A stretch of DNA of 64,000 bases from contig CAKMKJ010000039.1 of assembly GCA_927443345.1 (NCBI GenBank), positions 2,372 through 66,371 of the forward strand, in the 5' to 3' direction. The stretch comes from an uncultured Anaerolineaceae bacterium. GTDB taxonomy: Bacteria; Chloroflexota; Anaerolineae; Anaerolineales; Anaerolineaceae. Of the stretch, positions 7,745 through 17,912 are shown piece by piece; position 1 is the stretch's first letter, and every line of letters starts with the position of its first letter. The position numbers and the translations under genes are program-made. The notes below the pieces were generated by a model that did no database searches, was not told where the DNA came from, and saw only the letters and a program-made list of their open reading frames with translations.

Positions 7745-10609
7745 GTGCGCAAAACCGACCTGACCCTCTTAATCAAAAAACGTCACGAGAAGCATTCCCG
7801 CAGAACCAACCGGGCAATGGCGATTTCGCACCGCTTTGCCATTGGAGCGCTTTCAATCTTGTTGATCGTTCTGGCAGGCGGATTGGTGTTTGCCGGGTTG
7901 TTTTACGCCAGGGTCACGGCCGACCTGCCTTCGCTGGCGGTGCTGCCCGTGCTGCTCAACCCGGTGGATGGCGAACTGCTGGAGCCCACCGTGATTACAG
8001 ACAACAGCGGTGAAACGGTGCTCTTCACGCTGGATAACCCCGGTATCGCACGCGCCTATCTGGCGGTCAACCCTGAAAAACCCGATCATTTCAGTCCGCA
8101 GCTCTTGCGGGCGGTGGTCGCCAAGCTGGACCCCACTTTCTGGGAAAACCCCGGTTACTCGCTGAAAGATTGGCGAAACCCCGAACCCGCCACCATTGCC
8201 GAACGGTTGGCCAGTGAATTGCTGCTGTGGCAGGAACAACCCTCCGCCATGCGCGCAGTACGGATGCGCCTGCTGGCCGCCCAACTAGTGTCTGAATACG
8301 GACGCACCCAGGTGCTCGAATGGTATCTCAACAGCGCCTGGTTTGGTCATCTCGCCACCGGCGCAGAAAGCGCATCACAACTCTATTTCAACAAATCCGC
8401 GCGCGATCTGACGCTGGCGGAATCTGCCATGCTGGCCGTGGTGATTGAAGCGCCCGCCTTGAATCCGCTGGATGCACCGGATCAAGCGCTGTCCATGCAG
8501 CAGCAATTCCTCGGCGAAATGGCGCAGTTGCAGACCATCACCCTGGATGAATTCGGCTCAGCTCTGCGCGAACCGTTGGCACTGCGCACCTCTATTAACG
8601 ATCCGGCGTCTCTGGCGCCTGCATTCACTCGCCACCTGCTCTCCAATCTAGACAGCCATTATTCGCAAAACCGCCTGCAGCGGGGCGGTCTGGTGATTCA
8701 ATCCTCACTCGATTGGCAGCTTCAAACCCAGTTCGCCTGCACGGCCAAAACACAACTTTTACGTTTGCAAGGCATTCTGGATGCACCATCTGATGACTGC
8801 CCCACTGCTTTGTTATTACCCACGCAAACCTTTGCCGGTCTGGATGCCAAATCTCTGGCCAGCGCAGGGGTGATCCTCAACCCGGCAAACGGTGAAGTGT
8901 TGGCCTATTTGGAACCCACAACCTACGACGGGGCACATCAAGCCGACAACGGCTACCAACCCGGCTCATTGCTCAGCCCGTTTGCCGCCGCCGCCGGTTT
9001 TGCCCGCGGACTTTCGCCAGCATCATTGCAATGGGATATTCCGTCAGATTTGATTGAATCAGCCAGCGGCTATCAAAATCGCAACCAAAAGTGGCACGGC
9101 GCGGTCAGTCTTCGCGAGGCCGTGGCCAATGACTATCTGGTGCCCATCACGGATGTGCTGCGTCAGGCCGGCGCTGTCAATGCCTGGCATCTGGCCGGCG
9201 CTTTGGGGCTTTCCTCTATGAATGATGCCGCAGAAAGCGCAGATCCGCTGTTTGCTGGATCGACCAACTCACTGATGGATGTGGCCGCTGCTTTTGGCAC
9301 GTTGGCGAATTCAGGCATTAGAAGCGGATTGGAAGACGCTGCAACTGGCGAGATCAATCCCGCACTCGTGCGCACGGTCAGCTCAACCACCGGCAGAATG
9401 CTGCTTGATCAATCCACGCCGCAGGTCGGCATTATTTTGAGTCAGCCGCTGGCGTATCTGGTCAATCATGTATTAAGTGACGAGAGCGCCCGTTGGCCGA
9501 CGCTGGGCTACCCCAACGCACTGGAGATCGGTCAACCCGCCGCCGCCAAACTCGGCACCACCCTGAACCATCAACAGGTCTGGACGGTAGGCTACACCCC
9601 TGACCGGCTGGTGCTGGTTTGGATTGGAGACACTTCTGAAAATTCACCACAGGCACTTGATCCGTTGATGGCTGCGGGCATCTGGCATGCGGTGATCAAA
9701 CAGACACTGCAAGAAGCCCCCAGCGTAGGCTGGCAGCAGCCCGAGGGCATTACCACTCTCAAAGTGTGCATCCCTTCGGGGATGAGGCCTTCTTTGGATT
9801 GCCCCGCCACCTCGGATGAGGTGTTTCTGATCGGCAACGAACCGACGCTGCCAGATACGCTGTATGAAAAGATCAAGGTTAATCGCGAAACAGGTCAACG
9901 TGCAACGGTGTTCACCGACCCCGCGCTGATAGATGAACAGCTTTTCATCAACGTGCCTGCCAAAGCCAGGCAGTGGGCCATCGAAGCCGGTTTGCAAGTC
10001 GCCCCGACTGGATATGACGCCATCCCTGTTAGTCAAACCAATGCCAACGCGCAGATCAGCGCTCCGGCCATCTTTTCGGCGGTGGGCGGCAAGGTCGGCA
10101 TTTTTGGCACGGCGACGCTTGAAAATCTCAATTCGTGGACCCTGCAGGTTGGCGAGGGCATCAATCCGCTCAACTGGCTGCAAATCGCCAGCGGCGATTC
10201 AGGCGTGACCTCTGGCGGCAGCCTGGCGGAGTGGGACACGACCGGCATCGACGGGCTTTACGCCATCCGCCTTACGGTGATTGACCAGAGCCAGCACGTG
10301 CAGTCTGCCACCATCCAGGTTACGGTGGATAACACACCCCCGCAGGTCAAGATCACCTACCCCTCCGCGGATCAGGAATTGCAGCCCGCGCAGGAATCTG
10401 TCACCCTGCAGGCCGTCATTGAAGACAATACCGGTATTCAGAAAGTGGAATGGTTTGTGGATGGAAAGCTGGCTGCCACACAGACTGACGGACCTTATTT
10501 GTATCTTATGCCCGCCGTTAGCGGAAAGCACAGCCTGATGCTGACGGTTGAAGATAAAGCAGGCAATATAACCTCGACTGAAAAGCTGGAATTTACCATT
10601 AAGAAATAA
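7745..10609 (+). CDS. Class-A penicillin-binding-protein homologue (GT51 + transpeptidase folds, C-terminal Ig-like domains) with degenerate catalytic motifs
   Basis: 954 aa from a GTG start, with an N-terminal TM anchor. The GT51 motif 4 is kept (RTQVLEWYLNSAWFG, DLTLAESAMLA). Motif 1 reads LDPTFWENPG instead of EDxxFxxHxG. SxxK reads SLLS, SxN is absent (ANDYL), and KTG reads KLG. Confidence 0.8.
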   Translation: MRKTDLTLLIKKRHEKHSRRTNRAMAISHRFAIGALSILLIVLAGGLVFAGLFYARVTADLPSLAVLPVLLNPVDGELLEPTVITDNSGETVLFTLDNPGIARAYLAVNPEKPDHFSPQLLRAVVAKLDPTFWENPGYSLKDWRNPEPATIAERLASELLLWQEQPSAMRAVRMRLLAAQLVSEYGRTQVLEWYLNSAWFGHLATGAESASQLYFNKSARDLTLAESAMLAVVIEAPALNPLDAPDQALSMQQQFLGEMAQLQTITLDEFGSALREPLALRTSINDPASLAPAFTRHLLSNLDSHYSQNRLQRGGLVIQSSLDWQLQTQFACTAKTQLLRLQGILDAPSDDCPTALLLPTQTFAGLDAKSLASAGVILNPANGEVLAYLEPTTYDGAHQADNGYQPGSLLSPFAAAAGFARGLSPASLQWDIPSDLIESASGYQNRNQKWHGAVSLREAVANDYLVPITDVLRQAGAVNAWHLAGALGLSSMNDAAESADPLFAGSTNSLMDVAAAFGTLANSGIRSGLEDAATGEINPALVRTVSSTTGRMLLDQSTPQVGIILSQPLAYLVNHVLSDESARWPTLGYPNALEIGQPAAAKLGTTLNHQQVWTVGYTPDRLVLVWIGDTSENSPQALDPLMAAGIWHAVIKQTLQEAPSVGWQQPEGITTLKVCIPSGMRPSLDCPATSDEVFLIGNEPTLPDTLYEKIKVNRETGQRATVFTDPALIDEQLFINVPAKARQWAIEAGLQVAPTGYDAIPVSQTNANAQISAPAIFSAVGGKVGIFGTATLENLNSWTLQVGEGINPLNWLQIASGDSGVTSGGSLAEWDTTGIDGLYAIRLTVIDQSQHVQSATIQVTVDNTPPQVKITYPSADQELQPAQESVTLQAVIEDNTGIQKVEWFVDGKLAATQTDGPYLYLMPAVSGKHSLMLTVEDKAGNITSTEKLEFTIKK

Positions 10610-10748
10610 CCAATCAAGCTTCAAATTTTAATTCGAGCATTGTTCTTCATTTACCCCCAAGATACCAGGGATTGAGTGCAAATACCCGGTATTTTATAGT
10701 CCCGCGCAGATTCTGCAGGGATCGTATCGAAGGTGAGGTTCTGTTTAC

Positions 10749-11435
10749 TTACCCCTGATCGGACGAAACCAATTTGCTGAGTTCCAATAAATCTTTGCAG
10801 ATCAAATCGGCGCCAGCCCGGCGCAGTTCTTTTTCTTCACCAAAGCCGCACAACAGCCCCACGGTTTGCGCGCCGGCAGTCTTGCCAGCCAAAATATCCA
10901 CGGTGGTGTCGCCGATCATGATGCATTCTTCAGCATTCAGCCCCATGGCATTTGCGGCAAATCTAACCGGGTGCGGAAACGGCTTGGTGTATTCGCAAGT
11001 CTGGTTGGTCACCACTGCGCGGAACAAACCGCCCAGCTCAAATTGATCGAGAAAGCGGCGAGTAGAAGCATCGTCACGCGCGCTGACCACCGTCATTGGG
11101 TAGCGCGTATTGGCAAGCTCCAAAAGTTCTTTTGCCCCGTTCATCAGTTGAAAAGGTCTGATGCTGTTTTTACGTTTTTGCATCAACTTATTATAGATAT
11201 TTGCGATATTGTCATCCAGGCTGAGATGGTCAAGCAAATGATACATGCCATTCATGGGGGTTTCTGTGGCCATCACAAACCAGCGCGCAAAGGGCTGCGG
11301 ATCGCATTTTTTGAAGAGAAAACGCACCAATCTCAATCTATGCACCAGATGCGCCACCCAGACGTCATCCATGTCGCTGAGTGTGCCATCCACGTCAAAA
11401 CACAAACCCTTTACTTTTGACAGATCAATCGCCAT
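10749..11435 (-). CDS. HAD-superfamily hydrolase (phosphatase-like)
   Basis: It has the DxDxT motif (CFDVDGTLSD) and a C-terminal GDTxxD (IGDTTVDI). I moved the start to ATG 11435 (MAIDLSK...). The longer track ORF would overlap the upstream gene. Confidence 0.75.
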   Translation of the reverse strand: MAIDLSKVKGLCFDVDGTLSDMDDVWVAHLVHRLRLVRFLFKKCDPQPFARWFVMATETPMNGMYHLLDHLSLDDNIANIYNKLMQKRKNSIRPFQLMNGAKELLELANTRYPMTVVSARDDASTRRFLDQFELGGLFRAVVTNQTCEYTKPFPHPVRFAANAMGLNAEECIMIGDTTVDILAGKTAGAQTVGLLCGFGEEKELRRAGADLICKDLLELSKLVSSDQG

Positions 11436-11439
11436 GGTT

Positions 11440-12765
11440 TTACTCAAAATTCGGAAATGCTGCCAGGGTATTGGCATAAGCCATGGAATCATTGGTAATG
11501 ATCCAAAGCACCTGGTCATCGTACAGGGTCATGCTGATGACATCCTGCCAGGTGACTTCATTTTCAGTGTCCACTGCGGGGGTACCCCAACGCAGCATGC
11601 CGTATTCTTTGCTGCTGGCGAAGAACTCCTCTGCATCTTGAGTACTATCCCAGACACTCTGCCAGGCTAATACAAAGGTGTCTGAATTGTCAGCATAATA
11701 AACATAAGCATCCCCGCCCCAGCCGGCAGCGGCTTCTGCCGCAGTGAAAGAGTCTAGTTGGAACTTTGAGTCAATGCCTGAACTTAGCACCAGAGAGGTG
11801 TACCACTCACCGATCACACCCTTGTCAATTTCAGTCCAGTCGTCACCCAAAACAGCGGTCAGGTCAGGCAAGTCTACATTCATCGGCTTTTCATTGGGAT
11901 ATTTTTCGGGATGCAAAATTTGCTCGGTCGAGACAGGCGGATTCGCATACGCGGCGTCTACCGACTCCCATTTATCCTCGCCGTATAACGACTGGACAAA
12001 ACTGAAACCCTGTTGATATGGAAAGAGAAAATCCTGTCTCATATAAGCCGGCGCAGAATCAAAAATTGGGCTCTGATAAGTGGCTTGAAATTCGCTCACA
12101 TCCGTTTTATCTTGATTTGTACTGTTCATTAGGAACCAATATTGTTCAGTAAGAACCGCATCACCTTCAACCAGTGCGGTGACCGCTGCGCAGTATTCAC
12201 TATCCGTCTCGCAGAAGTCTTCATTCAATTTCAACCCGTTCTCAAGGTCATAGTTCTGGTCTTGCAACACATGGGTAAACTCATGGGCATAAGTCATGCG
12301 CTCCAGCCCGGTAAAGCCTGCATCGCCGATCACATACATTTCTTTGGTAGTGCTGTCATAATAGCCAGCGATTTGTTCGCTGTATAAGTCGATATAGAAT
12401 TGCAGCAGTTCAAAATCAGGCTCCAACAAGCCCAGCGCGCTCAATACATCTGCGTCTTCCTGTGCCATCTCAGGCGTGTAATCGATGAAGAACTCATTCA
12501 TCACCACATCTTGCAATTCAGCTGAAGACATCATGGCGCGGTTTAACTCGGCGCTCAGCTCCAATCCACGGATGCCGCTGACTTCCTGCTGGATCAGATC
12601 CATTTGTGCGTCCACGCTGGGAGGTTCAGTGGCTTCAACAATAGGCGGCGTGTAATTTTTTTGAGATTGCAACAGAAAAAATGAACCGACGATTAAACCC
12701 GCGCTGATCAAAACACAGCCCGAGACTATGATTACCACCAATGATAAAGAGATTTTTTTGCCCAT
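11440..12765 (-). CDS. Membrane-anchored putative zinc metallopeptidase (HExxH)
   Basis: 441 aa with an N-terminal TM helix and an HEFTH motif (YAHEFTHVLQD). The family is not recognised. Confidence 0.5.
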   Translation of the reverse strand: MGKKISLSLVVIIVSGCVLISAGLIVGSFFLLQSQKNYTPPIVEATEPPSVDAQMDLIQQEVSGIRGLELSAELNRAMMSSAELQDVVMNEFFIDYTPEMAQEDADVLSALGLLEPDFELLQFYIDLYSEQIAGYYDSTTKEMYVIGDAGFTGLERMTYAHEFTHVLQDQNYDLENGLKLNEDFCETDSEYCAAVTALVEGDAVLTEQYWFLMNSTNQDKTDVSEFQATYQSPIFDSAPAYMRQDFLFPYQQGFSFVQSLYGEDKWESVDAAYANPPVSTEQILHPEKYPNEKPMNVDLPDLTAVLGDDWTEIDKGVIGEWYTSLVLSSGIDSKFQLDSFTAAEAAAGWGGDAYVYYADNSDTFVLAWQSVWDSTQDAEEFFASSKEYGMLRWGTPAVDTENEVTWQDVISMTLYDDQVLWIITNDSMAYANTLAAFPNFE

Positions 12766-12836
12766 TTTAATTAAATCCTGATTTTTGAAAGATTTGGTTT
12801 GTTAGCTTCAATGACTGATTATCTCATGAATGAGAC

Positions 12837-14084
12837 TTATGGTCTAACGGTCTCTAATGCTTTTTTAGCCACTTGATTACCCGGGTTAGCTTGTAGAGCC
12901 AGGTTAAAAAGGTTAATGGCACTCAGATGATCCCCTGCCAGCTCATAAGCCCAGCCCTTCCACAGCAGTGCTTCTTCTGAATCCGGTGTGATGTGCAGCG
13001 CGTAATCGACAAGCCGCGTAAGGTCTTTTGCGTCGCTGGTGTGGTAAGCGGCACTCAACGGACCGAACTGGTAACGCAGCATACGCGAAGGCAGACCGAG
13101 CGCTCTGGCGTTGTCGAAAGCCAAAAGTGCAGCGTCATACTGCTGAAGAGCGTTAAGGCTGCTGCCCAGATTGAACCAGGCATAGGCATTCGCCGGTTCT
13201 GACAGAACCTGATCTCGCAGCGCTGCAGCCGTCCACTCGAGGTTGGCCTCTAATGGCCAATCCTCCGCTAATAGTTGTTGAACATTTTGCAGATCATCTG
13301 TTGGAAAGATCACCAAATAAACATGGTTAAACGCCTCCCAGGCATCCGCTACATCAGCATATGTAAGCTGTCTGTCCGGTCCATGATAGCTGTCTTGCGC
13401 GATGAAGTACTGCGATTGTTTATCGTAGCCGGTCAGCAGAATATAATGCCCTGCCCACAGGTCATCCCCTGGCCAGGCGGATTTTTCGAGCTTAAAGGAT
13501 TCTTCAATAATCACCGGGTAGCCGGCTGCGATCAAAGCTTCAAGCAAAGTCAGATCGCCACCAACACGAACTTCAGCCTGCAATCCTTCAACGGACCCGT
13601 TGACATAGGCAGCCAATTCTTCGATGTTGACGTTTTTATCCTGTCGCTTGGGTCGGATCGCCTCGCTGATGGTGAATTGATCGCCCTGCCAGCCCCAGTA
13701 ACGCAGACCCAAAGCCAGGGTAGCAGGGCCACAGTTATTCCAATCTTGATAGTCTCGCTGCGGGTTGAACGCAGGAGCAGGCAGCACGACCGAAACCAAC
13801 ATTTCCGCATTGCCTTGTTTTGCGATCACATTATTAGTGGCGGCCTCGGATTGATCCTCCACGGTCATCAGATCGGGCAGCCAAAAGATTGGTTCCTGCT
13901 TTGATTTCACTTCAGCGGTGGGAAGCGCCTCGACAGGGTTTACAACTACCCTAAACCAGGTAAGTGCCTGGCTAGCCTTCATTTGTAATTCAGGGAGCCG
14001 GTAAAAAGCAAACACTCCCATGCTTGTAATGGCAAGCATAGATAAAAACAGCAGGAGTATCTTTAGCGGCTTCTTAACAAACAT
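12837..14084 (-). CDS. Membrane-anchored C39-like cysteine peptidase domain + TPR repeats
   Basis: 415 aa with an N-terminal TM helix. NNCGPATLALGLRYWGW resembles the Peptidase_C39_2 Cys motif. The C-terminal part carries TPR-like repeats (AWFNLGSSLNALQQYDAALLAFDNA...). Confidence 0.55.
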   Translation of the reverse strand: MFVKKPLKILLLFLSMLAITSMGVFAFYRLPELQMKASQALTWFRVVVNPVEALPTAEVKSKQEPIFWLPDLMTVEDQSEAATNNVIAKQGNAEMLVSVVLPAPAFNPQRDYQDWNNCGPATLALGLRYWGWQGDQFTISEAIRPKRQDKNVNIEELAAYVNGSVEGLQAEVRVGGDLTLLEALIAAGYPVIIEESFKLEKSAWPGDDLWAGHYILLTGYDKQSQYFIAQDSYHGPDRQLTYADVADAWEAFNHVYLVIFPTDDLQNVQQLLAEDWPLEANLEWTAAALRDQVLSEPANAYAWFNLGSSLNALQQYDAALLAFDNARALGLPSRMLRYQFGPLSAAYHTSDAKDLTRLVDYALHITPDSEEALLWKGWAYELAGDHLSAINLFNLALQANPGNQVAKKALETVRP

Positions 14085-14177
14085 AAGTCAATTTTATCCT
14101 GAAAAGTCAATAAATCTAATCAAATAAGATGCTTTTAGTAGTATTTAGCTTTTCATTTTATTGTTATAATCAGCCGA

Positions 14178-15491
14178 ATGAAATATCACGTATGGACTGA
14201 AGGCTGTCAAATGAATGTCGCGGATTCCGAGAGGGTATCTTCCGCGCTCGAACACCTGGGCTACAACTACACTCCGGTCATCGAAGAAGCGGATGTGGTC
14301 GTGCTGAATACTTGTGTGGTGCGACAATCCGCTGAAGAAAAAGCCTACGGACGTCTTACCACACTCTGGCCGACCAAACGCGCCCGCCCTGAAATGGTGA
14401 TCAACTTGATGGGCTGCCTGGTGGGCATTAGAGACAACCCCAAATTGCATAAACGCTTTCCATATGTAGACGTTTTTTCTGCCCCATCCGATCCCGGTCC
14501 GCTGGTCGAATATTTAATTGAACATCACGGGCACGCGGTTGACACTGCCGAGACCGTGCGCCGCTACGCCGTCATGGATGGCGATCTGGTTCTGCCAGAG
14601 CCTGCGGTGGGCAAGCAAGTCATCGGCTGGATTCCAGTGGTTTACGGCTGTTCGCATGCCTGCACTTATTGCATCATCCCCTACCGCCGCGGCATCGAAC
14701 ACAGCCGTCCGCCTGAAGAGATTCTCAAAGAAGCGCGCGCGCTGGCTGCACAAGGCATTAAAGAAGTTACTCTGCTCGGTCAAATCGTTGACCGCTATAG
14801 TCTGGATAACCCGACCTATCCCACCCTCGCCAGGCTGATGAATCAGATCAGCGAGATTGACGGCATTGAGCGCATCCGCTTTTTGACCTCACATCCCAAC
14901 TGGATGAACGACGAACTGCTCGATTGTGTGGCTGAGAACCCCAAGGTCATGCCGCATATCGAAATCCCAAACCAGGCTGGTGACGACACCGTGATTGAGA
15001 ACATGAAACGCGGCTACACCGCGGACCAATACCGCCGCCTGGTGCAAAAGATCAGGGCGCGCATTCCAGGGGTGTCAATCGCCACGGATATCATTGTAGG
15101 CTTCCCGGGCGAGACTGACCAGCAATTCCGCAACACTTACGATTTGTTGGCCGAGTTGAAACTGGATAGCGTGCATCTGGCGCGATACTCCGCGCGAGCC
15201 GGCACCGTTTCTGAACGCACGATGGTGGATGATGTCTCTGAAGACGAAAAATGGGAGCGTTTTAGGGCGATTGAGAAACTGCAGGAAGGTATTTTTGCAG
15301 AAATTCATGCTGCCTATCTGAATAAAGAAGTAACCGTGCTCTTTGAAGAAAAGATGAAAAACCGCTGGAAAGGCCGCACGCCAAACAACAAACTGGTCTT
15401 CGTAGATGGGGATGAATCTCTGCTTGGCCAGGTCAGACAGGTGCATATCTATTGGACAGGCCCCTGGTCCATGATAGGAAAACTGGCGTAA
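14178..15491 (+). CDS. miaB: tRNA-2-methylthio-N6-dimethylallyladenosine synthase (radical SAM methylthiotransferase)
   Basis: 437 aa. It has the N-terminal UPF0004 Cys pattern (TEGCQMN), the radical SAM motif CSHACTYC, and a C-terminal TRAM-like domain. Confidence 0.85.
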   Translation: MKYHVWTEGCQMNVADSERVSSALEHLGYNYTPVIEEADVVVLNTCVVRQSAEEKAYGRLTTLWPTKRARPEMVINLMGCLVGIRDNPKLHKRFPYVDVFSAPSDPGPLVEYLIEHHGHAVDTAETVRRYAVMDGDLVLPEPAVGKQVIGWIPVVYGCSHACTYCIIPYRRGIEHSRPPEEILKEARALAAQGIKEVTLLGQIVDRYSLDNPTYPTLARLMNQISEIDGIERIRFLTSHPNWMNDELLDCVAENPKVMPHIEIPNQAGDDTVIENMKRGYTADQYRRLVQKIRARIPGVSIATDIIVGFPGETDQQFRNTYDLLAELKLDSVHLARYSARAGTVSERTMVDDVSEDEKWERFRAIEKLQEGIFAEIHAAYLNKEVTVLFEEKMKNRWKGRTPNNKLVFVDGDESLLGQVRQVHIYWTGPWSMIGKLA

Positions 15492-15496
15492 GTCTC

Positions 15497-16210
15497 ATGA
15501 AAAAGTTCATCCTCTTTGTTTTGTCGGTGCTGGCGATTGCAGGCATCGTGGCGGTCTATTTTTTCTTCATCTCCTCTGACCGCAGAAAAAACGGTACGAC
15601 CTTCGTCATCCCCTTCATTCGCAACGCTGAAGCCCACCAGGATTGGGTGGTCGAAGCACTATCCACATGCAACGACGCACCCTTTGTCATGCCCACGCGC
15701 GGATTGATCGGCTACCTGTGGAATGACGCTTTCAAGATCGGTCACCATCATCAGGGCATTGATATTTTTGCCGGCACTGACATTGGCATCACCCCAGTCT
15801 ATGCCGCCTATGACGGCTATCTCAGCCGCCAATCTGATTGGAAATCCACCCTGATTATTCGCATCCCCTCCGATCCGCTGCAGCCTGGCCGACAGATTTG
15901 GACGTATTACACTCACTTGGCTGGCCCGGATGGCACCCCTCTGATCGCCGCGGATTTTCCGCCTGGCACGACTGAAGTCTTCGTCAAAGCCGGCACTTTG
16001 CTGGGCTACCAGGGTAATTATTCAGGCGATCCGCTTAACCCGGTCGGCGTTCATCTGCACTTTTCGATCATCAAAGACAACGGCAGCGGCCAGTATCTCA
16101 ATGAACTTGAAATCGCCAACACTATTGACCCATCCCCATATCTCGGCCTGTCACTCAACAAGAACGATCGGCCAACATTCCCCATTAAGTGCGAAACCAG
16201 AACAAATTAA
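15497..16210 (+). CDS. M23 family metallopeptidase, membrane anchored
   Basis: HHHQGIDIF (HxxxD) and GVHLHFSI (HxH) are present. The start is set at ATG 15497 (MKKFILFVLSVLAIAG...), 6 nt after the miaB stop. Confidence 0.8.
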   Translation: MKKFILFVLSVLAIAGIVAVYFFFISSDRRKNGTTFVIPFIRNAEAHQDWVVEALSTCNDAPFVMPTRGLIGYLWNDAFKIGHHHQGIDIFAGTDIGITPVYAAYDGYLSRQSDWKSTLIIRIPSDPLQPGRQIWTYYTHLAGPDGTPLIAADFPPGTTEVFVKAGTLLGYQGNYSGDPLNPVGVHLHFSIIKDNGSGQYLNELEIANTIDPSPYLGLSLNKNDRPTFPIKCETRTN

Positions 16211-16314
16211 TCTCCATCATCCTTACAAAAGGCTTAGGAAGTTAGGCTGAACAACCCGAGGTTGGCTATGCTATACTGAACATAGTCTAGTACTTGTATT
16301 TATGAAACTTTTGA

Positions 16315-17892
16315 ATGAGGATATTTATGGATCAGGATATCACTCTATCGCCTCTTGAAATTCTTTACTCGATTAGCCGTGAATTAGCTACGTCGCTGGA
16401 TTTACGCAAGGTGCTGGCAAATATTCTCACCTTGACCACAGAAAACATGAATGTCGAACGCGCCAGCCTGGTCGTTCTTGATATCCATGGCAAACCGATG
16501 GATGCAGCCATCATGTATAATGGCTCGCTAATCTCACATACCGTGGATCAACTGCATGACGTAGTCACCTCCGGTTTGGCAGGCTGGGTGGTCAAAAACC
16601 AGAAATCTGTGCTAATCAATAACACGCAGCAAGATGAACGCTGGCTGGTGCGCCCCAACCAGGAAATCATCGATCCGGCGCGCTCTGCATTGTGTGTGCC
16701 GCTGATGGCCCAGGAAGTGCTGGTAGGTGTACTCACCATCGTCCACCGCGAGGTTAATTTCTTCACCCAGTCACAGTTTGCCTTGCAGCAAGCCATAGCT
16801 GACATGGCAGGCATCGCCATCCGCAACGCCCAGCTCTACCAGGAAGTCGAACACGCTCATTTACGTTACCGCGATCTCTTTGACAAAAGCATTGACCCGA
16901 TCATGGTTACCGCCATGGATGGTATGATTGTGGCTGTCAATCAAAAATCTTTTGAAGCAACCCAAAAAACGGGCAAAGAGATCATTGGTCGAAACATTAA
17001 TGCGCTTCAGGAATTACCTGAAAAAGTAGTGGATAATCTTTTTGAACAAATTGAAAAGAACCAATCCCTGATTTATGAAGCCAGCCTGCTCAATACCAAA
17101 GGTGAAAAAATCCCTGTGGAAGCGCATGTTTCTATCATCAACTTGCAGGGTCAGCCTTCATTGCAGTGGATCTTCCGCGATATCAGCGAGCGCAAGAATC
17201 TTGACCTGCTGCGAGAAGACCTTTCGGCCATGATCTACCACGACCTGCGTTCTCCGCTGGCCAATATTGTCTCCAGCCTGGAGTTGATGAAAGAGCCTAT
17301 CGCGGCCACAAAAGATGCCTCCATGATCCAGTTATTTGAGATCAGCGACCGGGCCACTGAACGCATGAATCGGTTGATCAGTTCTCTGCTGGATATTAAC
17401 CGCCTTGAAGCAGGACAACCCATCACCAACAAAAAAATGACAAATGTTGAAACCCTGATGGATGACGCCATTGAAACCCTGCACACCTTATCAAAAAGCA
17501 AGCAGGTGATGGTGGAAAAAATGGTCTTTAGCAAAATTGCCCCCATATTGGTGGATGAAGACATGATCCGCCGGGTGTTGATCAACCTGCTCGAAAATGC
17601 GATCAAATTCTCGTCAGAAGGCGACAAGACCGCCATTGGCGCCAAGGCCAACGGCGACACGGTCACCATCTGGGTTGAAGATCACGGCCCCGGCATTCCC
17701 TCAGAATCGCTGGAAAAAATATTTAGCAAGTTCGTGAGACTGCACGGCAACAGCATTGCCAAAGGTCTTGGATTGGGTCTGTCTTTTTGCCGTACCGCAG
17801 TATTATCTCACGGTGGTAAAATTTGGGTTGAAAATGTTACCGGCGGCGGCTCAAGATTTATACTGACACTTCCAACCGCAGCCATCAAATGA
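16315..17892 (+). CDS. Cytoplasmic sensor histidine kinase (GAF-PAS-HisKA-HATPase_c)
   Basis: 525 aa with no TM segment. The H-box is YHDLRSPLANI and the G-boxes are DHGPGIP / GLGLGLSF. It has an N-terminal GAF-like domain and a central PAS-like domain. Confidence 0.85.
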   Translation: MRIFMDQDITLSPLEILYSISRELATSLDLRKVLANILTLTTENMNVERASLVVLDIHGKPMDAAIMYNGSLISHTVDQLHDVVTSGLAGWVVKNQKSVLINNTQQDERWLVRPNQEIIDPARSALCVPLMAQEVLVGVLTIVHREVNFFTQSQFALQQAIADMAGIAIRNAQLYQEVEHAHLRYRDLFDKSIDPIMVTAMDGMIVAVNQKSFEATQKTGKEIIGRNINALQELPEKVVDNLFEQIEKNQSLIYEASLLNTKGEKIPVEAHVSIINLQGQPSLQWIFRDISERKNLDLLREDLSAMIYHDLRSPLANIVSSLELMKEPIAATKDASMIQLFEISDRATERMNRLISSLLDINRLEAGQPITNKKMTNVETLMDDAIETLHTLSKSKQVMVEKMVFSKIAPILVDEDMIRRVLINLLENAIKFSSEGDKTAIGAKANGDTVTIWVEDHGPGIPSESLEKIFSKFVRLHGNSIAKGLGLGLSFCRTAVLSHGGKIWVENVTGGGSRFILTLPTAAIK

Positions 17893-17912
17893 TCTGGCCA
17901 CAAGGAGCCTTC

